This document shows positions 25,351 to 35,000 of a stretch of DNA of 38,179 nt, piece after piece. The position numbers and the translations under genes are program-made. The DNA comes from Paracoccaceae bacterium (GTDB lineage Bacteria; Pseudomonadota; Alphaproteobacteria; Rhodobacterales; Rhodobacteraceae). Each line of letters starts with the position of its first letter. Position 1 is the stretch's first letter. Under the pieces are notes generated by a model. The model was not told the DNA's origin. It saw only the letters and a list, made by a program, of their open reading frames with translations, and searched no databases. The DNA is taken from positions 1-38,179 of the forward strand of contig JALSHL010000317.1 in NCBI GenBank assembly GCA_026982255.1, written 5' to 3'.

Positions 25351-26817
25351 CTATGGCATCTCCTCCAGCGTTCCGCGGATCAGGCGGACACCTTCGGGTA
25401 TTTTTCGCGCATCTATCGAGGAATAGGCCAGCCGAAAGAAATTTCGCGGGCAATCCTCTCCCTCGAAAAACGGGTTGCCTGCCTCGATCAGAACGCCCTT
25501 TTTCTCCAAGCTGTCCGCAAGAATTTCCGTGTCTATATGCTCCGGCGCCTCGACCCAGAAACTGGATCCGCCGAACGACGCGCTTCCCGCCACTTTCAGC
25601 CCGCAATCTGCCAATGCCCCATCCATGACCTCGCGCCGCTTGTGAAACACCGTGCGCATCCGCTTGATCATCGCATCGTAGTGCCCGCGCCCCAGAAAAT
25701 AGGCCGTCGTCCGTTGCACATGCCCCGGCGGATGGCGCAGCACCGCCGAACGCAGCGCCCGTGCCTGCCGTATAAACGGTTCCGAGCCAACCAGATATCC
25801 CAGCCGCAACCCCGGAAACAGCGATTTGGAGAAACTGCCGACATAGATCACCCGCCCCTCTTCATCCAGCGATTTCAACGCCGGCGAGGGTGACTTGATG
25901 AAGCTCATCTCGAACTCGTAATCATCCTCGACAATCAGGAAATTCCGTTCCCGCGCCATACGCAACAGGGTGTGGCGGCGCTCCATCGGCAAGGTAACCG
26001 TGGTCGGGCACTGGTGGCTCGGCGTGGTAAACAGCACATCGAAATCATGTGGCAACCTCTCGGGCGGCAGGCCGTTTTCGTCGATCTGCACCGGAACCCG
26101 TTTGCAACCGTTATACCGCAACGTCTCGCGCAGGCCGTGATAACCGGGGTTCTCGTAAACCGCCGTCCGGTCGCGATTCAGCAATATCTGCGCCGCCATC
26201 CACAGGGCGTTTTGCGCTCCGACAGTCACCAGAACCTGTTCGGGCCGCGCCAGAATCCCGCGCCGCGGCAAGGAATGGCGCACAATGAAATTGATCAGCT
26301 CGGGATCGTCCCGCTCGGCGTAATCCGAAGTCAGACTGTCGAACTCCTTCTTGCCCAGCGCCTGCAAGGCACACAGCCGCCAACTCGCCTGATTAAACAG
26401 CGTCGGGTCCGGCTGGCCATAAACGAACGGATAAGGATAGCTGCGCCACTCGTAATTCTTCTCCACCCGTTTTCCACCGGTGAAATCCCGCTGCACCGCC
26501 TTCGACCAGTCCACAGTATCGCGCACCATTTCCCCGCGCACCGGCGGCAAGGGCACGGTCGGCGCGGTCTCGGACACATAATAGCCGGAGCGGTCCGCAG
26601 CCGTGATATAGTCATCCGCCACCAGCTCGTTATAGGCCAGCGTCACGGTGATCCGCGAAATCCCCAGATGCTTCGCCAGCTTGCGCGACGAGGGCAGCTT
26701 CTCCCCCGCTTTCAGCCGTCCGGCAAGTATGGCCGAGGCCACGATCTGCTGGATCTGGCTTTGCAGCGACCCCTGAAAATTCGGGTCGAGAAAAAATGTG
26801 TCTTCGACAAGAGGCAT
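25351..26817 (-). CDS. tauR: GntR/MocR-family PLP-dependent regulator of taurine catabolism
   Basis: wHTH (KLPSSRKLAKHLGISRITVTLAY) plus aminotransferase-like domain (TPSHQCPT, EDDYEFE, GSFSKSLFPGLRLGY); adjacent to xsc and flanked by TauR boxes. Confidence 0.9.
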   Translation of the reverse strand: MPLVEDTFFLDPNFQGSLQSQIQQIVASAILAGRLKAGEKLPSSRKLAKHLGISRITVTLAYNELVADDYITAADRSGYYVSETAPTVPLPPVRGEMVRDTVDWSKAVQRDFTGGKRVEKNYEWRSYPYPFVYGQPDPTLFNQASWRLCALQALGKKEFDSLTSDYAERDDPELINFIVRHSLPRRGILARPEQVLVTVGAQNALWMAAQILLNRDRTAVYENPGYHGLRETLRYNGCKRVPVQIDENGLPPERLPHDFDVLFTTPSHQCPTTVTLPMERRHTLLRMARERNFLIVEDDYEFEMSFIKSPSPALKSLDEEGRVIYVGSFSKSLFPGLRLGYLVGSEPFIRQARALRSAVLRHPPGHVQRTTAYFLGRGHYDAMIKRMRTVFHKRREVMDGALADCGLKVAGSASFGGSSFWVEAPEHIDTEILADSLEKKGVLIEAGNPFFEGEDCPRNFFRLAYSSIDARKIPEGVRLIRGTLEEMP

Positions 26818-26819
26818 AT

Positions 26820-26851
26820 CTGGACTTATTTCTGTTCAAACTCTGGCCCTA
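26820..26851 (+). promoter_or_regulatory. TauR binding site upstream of the second aminotransferase (also abutting the tauR start)
   Basis: CTGGACTTA-N14-CTGGCCCTA with the same 23-bp period as the xsc site; TAGTGT lies downstream. Confidence 0.85.
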
Positions 26852-26940
26852 TTACAAGCCCGACCCCCCGCCTAGTGTCAAACGGATTTCGGGGGAATAT
26901 GCCCCGCGACCCCTTTCTTACATCTGACCGGAGACGCGAC

Positions 26941-28257
26941 ATGGCTTATGACGTGCAAACAAACTCGCTTGCCGAATTCTGGATGCCCTTCACCGACAAC
27001 CGCGGTTTCAAGCAGGACCCGCGCCTGATCGTCAAGGCCAGTGGCACCTACCTGACCGACCATCACGGCGGCACGGTGATCGACGGTTCCAGCGGCCTGT
27101 TCTGTTCGCCCGCCGGACACAGCCACCCGAAAATCATCGAGGCCGTGCATCGCGCCATGCAGGATTTCACCTATGTCGCCCCCTTCGGTTCCGGCCATCC
27201 GCTCAGCTTTGCGCTGGCCGAACGTGTTTCGCGCCTGCTGCCCGAAGGATTCAACCATGTTTTCTTCGTCAATTCCGGCTCCGAGGCCGTCGACACCGCG
27301 TTGAAAATGGTGATGGCCTATCATTCCGCCCTCGGCAACAACCGCACCCGTTTTGTGTCACGCGAACGGGCCTATCACGGGGTCAACATCGGTGGCGTTT
27401 CCCTGTCGGGCATGGTCAACAACCGCAAGACCTTCCCGTCCGTCCTGCCCAATGTGGTGATGATGCGCCACACATGGAGCGAGGACGAACTGTTTGTGCG
27501 CGGCCAGCCCGAAAACGGCGCGGAACTGGCCAACGACCTGCAACGCATGGTCGTTACCTACGGCGGCCAGACCATCGCCGCCTGTTTCGTCGAGCCGGTG
27601 GCAGGCTCCACCGGCATCCTCACCCCGCCGAAGGGCTATCTGGAGCGCCTGCGCCAGATTTGCGACGAAAACGGCATCCTGCTGGTGTTTGACGAGGTTA
27701 TCACCGGCTTCGGCCGCCTTGGCGACAAATTCGCAACCGATGTATTCGGCGTCACCCCCGACATCATGACGATGGCCAAGGCCCTGACTAACGGCTCCAT
27801 CCCCATGGGCGCGGTGGCCACCTCGGACAGGGTGCATGACGCGATCATGGATCAGGCCACCCCCGGCGCCATCGAGTTTTTCCACGGCTACACCTATTCC
27901 GGCCATCCGGCCGCCTGCGCTGCCGGTCTGGCGATGATGGATATCATCGCGGAAGAAGACCTGTTCCCCCGTGCCGCCGGTATGTCGGAATATTTCCTCG
28001 ACGCCGTGTTCTCGCTCAAGGATCACCGGCTGGTGCGCGACATCCGCGGCATCGGCATGATCGCGGGAGTTGAACTACATACCGGTGGCAAAGCGGGCGC
28101 GCGCGGCGGTCAGGCGCAAAAAGATCTGTTCCGGAACGGCATGCACGTCAAATTCACCGGAGACACCGGAATTATCGCCCCGATGTTCATCGTGGAAAAA
28201 CACCACATCGACGAAATGATGGAAAAATTCCGCAAAACGCTGGATGCACTCGGGTAA
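26941..28257 (+). CDS. Omega-amino acid aminotransferase paralogue (438 aa), candidate taurine/hypotaurine transaminase
   Basis: Start reassigned to ATG 26941 (RBS GGAG); FWMPFTDNRGFK, NSGSEAVD, FDEVITGFGRLG, TMAKA (PLP Lys), HGYTYSGHP; TauR box upstream. Confidence 0.88.
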   Translation: MAYDVQTNSLAEFWMPFTDNRGFKQDPRLIVKASGTYLTDHHGGTVIDGSSGLFCSPAGHSHPKIIEAVHRAMQDFTYVAPFGSGHPLSFALAERVSRLLPEGFNHVFFVNSGSEAVDTALKMVMAYHSALGNNRTRFVSRERAYHGVNIGGVSLSGMVNNRKTFPSVLPNVVMMRHTWSEDELFVRGQPENGAELANDLQRMVVTYGGQTIAACFVEPVAGSTGILTPPKGYLERLRQICDENGILLVFDEVITGFGRLGDKFATDVFGVTPDIMTMAKALTNGSIPMGAVATSDRVHDAIMDQATPGAIEFFHGYTYSGHPAACAAGLAMMDIIAEEDLFPRAAGMSEYFLDAVFSLKDHRLVRDIRGIGMIAGVELHTGGKAGARGGQAQKDLFRNGMHVKFTGDTGIIAPMFIVEKHHIDEMMEKFRKTLDALG

Positions 28258-28262
28258 AACGG

Positions 28263-28286
28263 TCCGGCCCGCGCAAACGGGCCGGA
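28263..28286. terminator. GC hairpin between convergent genes
   Basis: TCCGGCCCG-cgcaaa-CGGGCCGGA in the 33-bp gap; a short T run follows on the minus strand. Confidence 0.55.
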
Positions 28287-28290
28287 GCAG

Positions 28291-29097
28291 TCAGGCGGCC
28301 TTGTCCCCGACCGCAAAATCCACGCCGGATATTTCGGCCTTCTCCACCAGATCGCGGGTCAGCCTCTGCGCCGCCTTGGCCCAGGCAACCTGCTCCAGCT
28401 TCTCGCGGATCTGCGGCGCGACCGCCTCGAACGGCAACACCGCACCCTCGGCCTTTTCGTCCATGCGGATGATATGCACGCCAAAACGGGTTTCCACCGG
28501 TTCGGGATGGATTTGCCCCGCTTCCAGAGTTTCCAGCACCGCCTCGAATTCCGGCACGGTATCGCCGCTGCCGATCTGGCCGAGCATCCCGCCATTTTCC
28601 TTGGACGGGCAGTCCGACTGCGCCTTGGCAATTCCGGCAAAGGCTTTGGGATCCTTCAGCACATCCCGCAGCGCCTTCTGCGCATTCTGCATCGCCGTTT
28701 TGCGCGCTGCCGCATCCTCCGGCCGCGCCGCAAACAGGATATGGGCGGGCTGGAACAGGCTCGGCGCGCGGAAACTCTCCGGCGCACGGTCATAGAAGGC
28801 GCGGCAATGCGCCTCGCTGACCTGCTCCGGTTCGATCAGGGTTTCCAGCACCGCGCGCACCATGGCCTCGTCACCGGTTTCCAGCTTGCCGGGCGCGACC
28901 TCCCGCGCCTCGGCCTCCAGCCCCAGCCGCTGGCCCTCCTGCAACAGCAGCGCCCGAATGGCCATGGCCCGCGCCGCCGCTTTCCACGCCCAGCCGGGCT
29001 TGTCCTGCGGCGCGTTGTGGTTCTGGGCCTCGGCAGCAATAGCCGCCGAGGGGATTGTCTCGCCATTCACGATGACGTCCGGCATCAGGGGTGTCAT
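28291..29097 (-). CDS. PpiC/NifM-type peptidyl-prolyl isomerase associated with nar (268 aa)
   Basis: Start reassigned to ATG 29097 (RBS GGGAGA); HIL, SDCPSKENGGMLG, VPEFE, PVETRFGVHII parvulin motifs; 'IAAEAQNH' N-terminus; follows narI. Confidence 0.9.
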   Translation of the reverse strand: MTPLMPDVIVNGETIPSAAIAAEAQNHNAPQDKPGWAWKAAARAMAIRALLLQEGQRLGLEAEAREVAPGKLETGDEAMVRAVLETLIEPEQVSEAHCRAFYDRAPESFRAPSLFQPAHILFAARPEDAAARKTAMQNAQKALRDVLKDPKAFAGIAKAQSDCPSKENGGMLGQIGSGDTVPEFEAVLETLEAGQIHPEPVETRFGVHIIRMDEKAEGAVLPFEAVAPQIREKLEQVAWAKAAQRLTRDLVEKAEISGVDFAVGDKAA

Positions 29098-29116
29098 ATC
29101 CTGCTCTCCCTGTTGC

Positions 29117-29800
29117 TCAGGCTTTGGTCTTGCGCGTGCGCACGATCTGGTAGCCCGGACGCCACAGATAGCGGACCGGAACCGAGAGCATATGCACAAG
29201 ACGGGTGAACGGGAACAGCACGAAGATCGTCAGGCCAAGGGTAATATGCAGTTTGAACAGGATGTTCGTATCCGCAATATAGCCCGCCGCATCGGGATCA
29301 AAGGTGAATATCCCCTGCGCCCAGCGCATGAACTTGGTCATTTCCTCGCCGTCCAGATGGCCGAGGCTGACGAAAATCGTCATCAGGCCAAGGGTCACCT
29401 GCGCGATCAGGATCAGCAGGATCGCCGTATCGGCAAACGAACTTGTGGCGCGGATGCGCGGGTCGAACAGGCGGCGATGCGCCAGAATCAACCCGCCTGC
29501 CAGCATTGACAGACCGGCCACCCCGCCCAGCGAAATCGCGATGATCTGCTTGGCCGCCGGGCTGACACCCAGCGCGTGCCAGATGGACAGCGGCGTCAGC
29601 AGCCCCACCAGATGCCCGCCGAAAATCGCCAGAATGCCGATATGGAACAGGACCGACCCCGTGATCAGCTGCTTGCGCCGCAAAAGCTGGCTGGAACTGG
29701 ATTTCCAGGTAAAGGGATCCCGCTCGTAGCGCGCGATGCTCCCCAGCACCAGCACGGTCAGCGCGATGTAGGGATATATTCCGAAAAAGAACTCGTTCAT
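29117..29800 (-). CDS. narI: Respiratory nitrate reductase gamma subunit (cytochrome b)
   Basis: YPYIAL, W.S.SSQLL, haem His pairs (LFHIG..GHLVG; KLHI..FPFTRLVH). Confidence 0.97.
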   Translation of the reverse strand: MNEFFFGIYPYIALTVLVLGSIARYERDPFTWKSSSSQLLRRKQLITGSVLFHIGILAIFGGHLVGLLTPLSIWHALGVSPAAKQIIAISLGGVAGLSMLAGGLILAHRRLFDPRIRATSSFADTAILLILIAQVTLGLMTIFVSLGHLDGEEMTKFMRWAQGIFTFDPDAAGYIADTNILFKLHITLGLTIFVLFPFTRLVHMLSVPVRYLWRPGYQIVRTRKTKA

Positions 29801-29809
29801 GTTCGCCTC

Positions 29810-30526
29810 CTATTTCTGCACGGCAACAGCCGGTTCGGGCTGTGCCTTGGGCGGGATGGGATCCATTTTGGCCAGAATGTCCCGTGTGACCGGGCACCCT
29901 GCGTTGGGGTCGGGGCCAAAGACAACCTCGGCCTCGGTCCAGATTTCGTCGAGCGCCTCGAGATCCTCGGGATCGTCATCGGCCACTTTCAGCAGTTCCT
30001 GCACCAGCTCGCCCGAGGCCGCCTCCCCCGCCAGTTCGGCCAGTCCGGCCAGCACGGCGGCATAGGGGCTTTCGCGACGGTTCAGGCGTTCGGCCAGCGC
30101 CGCGATGATATGTCCGGCGTCCTGCAGGATTTCGCGCGCGGCCGTCTCCGGCTGCGTGGACATGAATTCCAGCAGGATCGGCAGGTGGTCCGGCAGCTCC
30201 GTGCTGGCCAGTTCGAAACCGCCGGCACGGTAGGTTTCCAGCAGATCGACCATCGCCGGACCGCGCTCGCGGCTCTCGCCATGCACATGTTCGAACAGGT
30301 TGAGCGACAGGGTGCGCGACCGGTCGAACAGCAGCACGAAACGTTCCTGCAACTCGTAGACATCCATCGCCTCGAAATCCGCCAGCAGCGGCTCGATGGC
30401 TTCCAGCGCGGAGGCCGAGAGCAGTTTTTCCCTGTGCAGGACCTCGCGGATTTCGCCCGTGGCCGCTTTCAGATCCTGCGAGGGATAGGAAAGCAGCGCG
30501 GACAGTGCCTTGTAGGTAACAGCCAT
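29810..30526 (-). CDS. narJ: Nitrate reductase molybdenum cofactor assembly chaperone
   Basis: LLSYP, FDRSRTLSLNLFEHVHGESRERG.AMVDL, ELPDHLP. Confidence 0.97.
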   Translation of the reverse strand: MAVTYKALSALLSYPSQDLKAATGEIREVLHREKLLSASALEAIEPLLADFEAMDVYELQERFVLLFDRSRTLSLNLFEHVHGESRERGPAMVDLLETYRAGGFELASTELPDHLPILLEFMSTQPETAAREILQDAGHIIAALAERLNRRESPYAAVLAGLAELAGEAASGELVQELLKVADDDPEDLEALDEIWTEAEVVFGPDPNAGCPVTRDILAKMDPIPPKAQPEPAVAVQK

Positions 30527-32043
30527 CAGAACGCCTCCGTCGGGGTTACGAATTTGCGCGACCCGAACAGCTTGCCGCCGCTCGATCCTGCGGAACAGCC
30601 GTTGCCGTCGGTAAAGCCGCAGCCGCCGCGCAGGTCATAGGCATCCTCCACCACCTCGCGATGGGTGGTCGGCACCACGAAACGGTCCTCGTAGTTGGCG
30701 ATCGACATGATCTCGAACATGTCCTCGATCTGCAACGGCGTCAGCCCGACCCGTTGCGCGATCTCCAGGTCAATCACCCCGTCAAGGGTCTTGCTGCGCA
30801 TATAGCCGCGCATCGCCAGCATCCGCTCCAGCGCGGTCACCACCGGCGCCTCGTCGCCCGCTGTCAGCATATTCGCCAGATAGCGGACCGGAATGCGCAG
30901 GGATTTGACGTCCGGCATCTCGTTGTCGACCCCGATCATGCCGGCCTCGGCCGCATTCTGGATCGGGCTGAGCGGCGGGATATACCAGACCATCGGCAGG
31001 GTGCGGTATTCGGGATGCAGCGGGAAGGCAATCTTCCAGTCCATCGCCATTTTCCACACCGGCGAGTTCTTGGCCGAGTTGATCCAGTCCTCCGGCACAC
31101 CGTCGCGACGCGCGGCGGCCTGCACTTCGGGGTCGTTCGGATCAAGGAACACGCCCAGTTGCGCATCATAGAGGTCCTGCTCGCCGTTGACCGACGCCGC
31201 CTCCTCGATCTTGTCGGCGTCATAGAGCATCACACCCAGATAGCGGATGCGCCCGACGCAGGTTTCCGAACAGACCGTCGGCAGGCCGCTCTCGATGCGC
31301 GGATAGCAGAAGGTGCATTTCTCGGATTTGCCGCTTTCCCAGTTGTAATAGATTTTCTTGTAGGGGCAGCCCGACACACACATGCGCCAGCCGCGGCATT
31401 TCTCCTGATCGATCAGCACGATCCCGTCCTCGTCGCGCTTGTAGATCGCGCCCGACGGGCACGAGGCGGCACAGGCGGGATTGAGGCAATGCTCGCACAG
31501 GCGCGGCAGATACATCATGAAGGTATTTTCATACTCCCCATAGATTTCCTTCTGCACCCCTTCGAAGTTGTAATCCTTCGAGCGTTTCTCGAATTCCCCG
31601 CCGAGGATTTCCTCCCAGTTCGGGCCCCATTCGATTTTCTCCATCCGTTCGCCGGAAACCTTCGAACGCGGACGTGCCGTCGGGAAGGCATCCATCTCCG
31701 GCGCCGATTTCAGGTGGTCGTAGTCGAAATCGAACGGCTCATAGAAATCGTCGATCTCGGGCATGTTCGGATTGCCGAAGATATTCGCCAGAATCCGCCA
31801 TTTCGCCCCCTGCTTGGGCTGGATCTTGCCGTTCTTGTCGCGAACCCAGCCACCGTTCCAGCGTTTCTGGTTCTCCCAGTCCTTGGGATAGCCGATGCCG
31901 GGTTTGGTCTCGACATTGTTGAACCAGGCGTATTCGACACCGTCGCGGCTGGTCCAGACGTTTTTACAAGTGACGGAGCATGTATGGCACCCGATACATT
32001 TATCGAGGTTCAGCACCATGCCTATCTGCGCACGAACTTTCAT
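30526..32043 (-). CDS. narH: Respiratory nitrate reductase beta subunit
   Basis: MVLNLDKCIGCHTCSVTCK, PRLCEHCLNPAC, CRGWRMC, EKCTFCYPR. Confidence 0.98.
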   Translation of the reverse strand: MKVRAQIGMVLNLDKCIGCHTCSVTCKNVWTSRDGVEYAWFNNVETKPGIGYPKDWENQKRWNGGWVRDKNGKIQPKQGAKWRILANIFGNPNMPEIDDFYEPFDFDYDHLKSAPEMDAFPTARPRSKVSGERMEKIEWGPNWEEILGGEFEKRSKDYNFEGVQKEIYGEYENTFMMYLPRLCEHCLNPACAASCPSGAIYKRDEDGIVLIDQEKCRGWRMCVSGCPYKKIYYNWESGKSEKCTFCYPRIESGLPTVCSETCVGRIRYLGVMLYDADKIEEAASVNGEQDLYDAQLGVFLDPNDPEVQAAARRDGVPEDWINSAKNSPVWKMAMDWKIAFPLHPEYRTLPMVWYIPPLSPIQNAAEAGMIGVDNEMPDVKSLRIPVRYLANMLTAGDEAPVVTALERMLAMRGYMRSKTLDGVIDLEIAQRVGLTPLQIEDMFEIMSIANYEDRFVVPTTHREVVEDAYDLRGGCGFTDGNGCSAGSSGGKLFGSRKFVTPTEAF

Positions 32044-35000
32044 TAGCTCTGCCCTCCTTTTGCCGGCTCGTCGAGCCAGTCTACCTTGGTCAATTTACGC
32101 ACGATGACGAATTCGTCGCGGTTCGATCCGACGGTTCCGTAGTAGTTGAAACCATAGGACTGCTGGGCATAGCCCCCGATCATATGCGTCGGTTTCAGCG
32201 TGGCACGGGTAACCGAGTTGTGGATACCGCCCCGCAATCCGGTCTGTTGCGATCCCGGCACATTCACGATCTTTTCCTGTGCGTGATACATAAACAGGGT
32301 GCCCTCCTTCATGCGTTGCGAAACGACCACGCGCGCGACCAGCGCCCCGTTGACGTTATAGGCCTCGACCCAGTCGTTATCGACAAGGTTGGCCTTCTTC
32401 GCATCCACTTCGGACATCCAGACCACCGGCCCGCCGCGGTTGAGCGTCAGCATCAGCAGGTTGTCCGAATAGGTGGAGTGGATACCCCATTTCTGGTGCG
32501 GCGTGATGAAGTTCAGCATCACATGCGGCTCGTTGTTCTGCTCGGCCGTATTGACCGCCGCCGTGATCGTTTTCAGATCGACCGGCGGGCGATAGGTGCA
32601 GAACCCCTCGCCGAAAGCCCGCATCCACAGATGATCCTGATAAAGCTGCTGACGACCTGTCAGCGTGCGCCACGGGATCAGCTCGTGCACATTGGTATAA
32701 CCGGCATTGTAGCACACATCCTCCGATTCAATCCCCGACCATGTCGGCGAGGAGATGATCTTGCGCGGCTGCGCGGCAATATCGCGGAAGCGGATTTTCT
32801 CGTCCTCTTTCGGCTGTGCCAGATGCGCATGTTCGCGACCGGTGGCCTTGGACAGGGCATCCCAGGCCTTGACGGCCACTTCGCCGTTGGTCTCGGGCGC
32901 CAGCATCAGGATCATCTCGGCCGCATCGATCGCGGTGTCCAGCTTGGCCAGACCCTTGGTCGCTCCCTCGTCGGTGACAACCCCGTTCAGGTCCTTCAGA
33001 TGGTGCATCTCGACCTTGGTATCCCACGCAATACCCTTGCCGCCATTGCCGACTTTTTCCATCAGCGGCCCGACGGAGGTAAAGCGTTTGTAGAGGTTGG
33101 GATAGTCCCGCTCGACCGCCACGAAATTCGGCGCCGTCTTGCCGGGGATCAGGTCGCACTCGCCTTTTTTCCAGTCCCTGACCTGGTCCTGCGCGATCTC
33201 CGCAGGGGTGTCATGCAGGATCGGCAGGGAAACCACATCCGTTTCCTCGCCCAGATATCCCGGCACCACCTCGGAAAACTTCTTCGCAATGGATTTGAAG
33301 ATTTCCCAGTCGGAGCGGCTCTCGTAGGCCGGATCGACCGCCGCCTGCAGCGGGTGGATGAACGGGTGCATATCCGAAGTGTTCAGATCGTCCTTTTCAT
33401 ACCAGCTCGCGGTCGGCAGCACGATATCGGAATAGACCGCCGTGGTCGACATGCGGAAATCGATAGTGACCAGCAGGTCCAGCTTGCCCTTGACACTTTC
33501 CTCGTGCCACTTGGCCTCGATCGGTTTCTGGCCGCCTTCCTCGCCAAGGTCCTTGCCCAGAACACCGTGATCGGTGCCCAGAAGATGCTTGAGGAAATAC
33601 TCGTGCCCCTTGCCCGAGGAACCGAGCAGGTTGGAACGCCACACAAACAGGTTGCGCGGCCAGTTTTCCGGCGCATCGGGATCCTCGCAGGACATTTCGA
33701 CCTCGCCGGATTTCAGCTTCTCGGCCAGATAGTCCTTCACATCCACGCCCGCCTCTTTCGCGGCCTTCGCCACTTCGAGCGGATTGGTTTTCAGCGACGG
33801 TGCCGAGGGCAGCCACCCCATGCGTTCGGCGCGGATGTTGTAGTCGATCAGGCTCGCATCCTTCCAATCGCCCGCCGGCGCGGTAGGCGACAGGATTTCA
33901 CCAGCCGAAAGCGTCTCGTAACGCCATTGGTCCGTATGGGCATACCACGCCGAGGTGGAGTTCATATGCCGCGGCGGCCGCGCCCAGTCGAGCGCAAAGG
34001 CCAGCGGCTGCCAGCCGGTTTGCGGGCGCAGCTTCTCCTGCCCGACGTAATGGCTCCAGCCACCGCCGGATTTGCCGATACAGCCGCACATCACCAGCAT
34101 GTTGATGATGCCGCGATAGTTCATATCCATGTGATACCAGTGGTTCAGACCGGCCCCGAGGATCACCATCGACTTGCCTTCGGTTTTCTCGGCATTGGCG
34201 GCAAACTCGCGCGCCACGGTGATGATCTGGTCACGCGGCACGCCGGTGACCTTCTCGGCCCATGCGGGGGTGAAGGGCACATCGTCGTTGTAATCCGCCG
34301 AAACCCCTTCGCCGCCCAGCCCGCGATCCAGACCGTAGTTGGCCACGAACAGGTCGAAAACCGTGGCGACATAGGCCTCGCCATCCTCCAGCTTGACCTT
34401 TTTCACCGGAATATTGCGGGTGATGACATCGGGATGCTCGCATTTCACGAAATTCTCGGTGGCCGCGCCGCCGAAATACGGGAAATCGACCCCGACCACA
34501 TCGTCATGGTCCTCGTCAAGGATCAGCGACAGGCGCAACTCGACATCCTTGCCGTCGGCCTGTTCCTCGAGGTTCCATTTGGCACTGCCGTCCCAGCGGA
34601 AACCGACAGACCCGTTCGGCACCACCAGATCGTTCGACGCCTTGTCGATCCCGATGGTTTTCCATTCCGGATTGTCTTTCTGCCCCAGCTTGCCGTCGAT
34701 ATCGTCGGCCCGCAGCAACCGCCCCGGCACCAGCTTGCCGTCCTGTTCCTCCAGACGCACCAGCATCGGCATGTCGGTAAACTTGCGGGCGTAGTCGGTG
34801 AAATATTCGGCCTGCCGGTCCAGATGGAACTCGCGCAGGATCACATGCCCCATGGCCATGGCCAGCGCGCTGTCTGTGCCCTGTTTCGGGGCCAGCCAGA
34901 TGTCGCCGAATTTCGCGGCCTCGGAATAGTCCGGGCTGACCACGGCGGATTTGGTGCCGCGATAGCGCGCCTCGGTATAGAAATGCGCATCCGGCGTGCG

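Noticed and set aside
25972-26940. Apparent 323-aa N-terminal extension making a 761-aa aminotransferase
   Set aside because: It overlaps tauR antisense and the TauR box/promoter. Homology starts at ATG 26941, which has its own RBS.
26941-28257. Assigning the gene symbol tpa
   Set aside because: The sequence belongs to the beta-alanine-type FWMPFT group rather than characterised Tpa; the function is inferred from regulation only.
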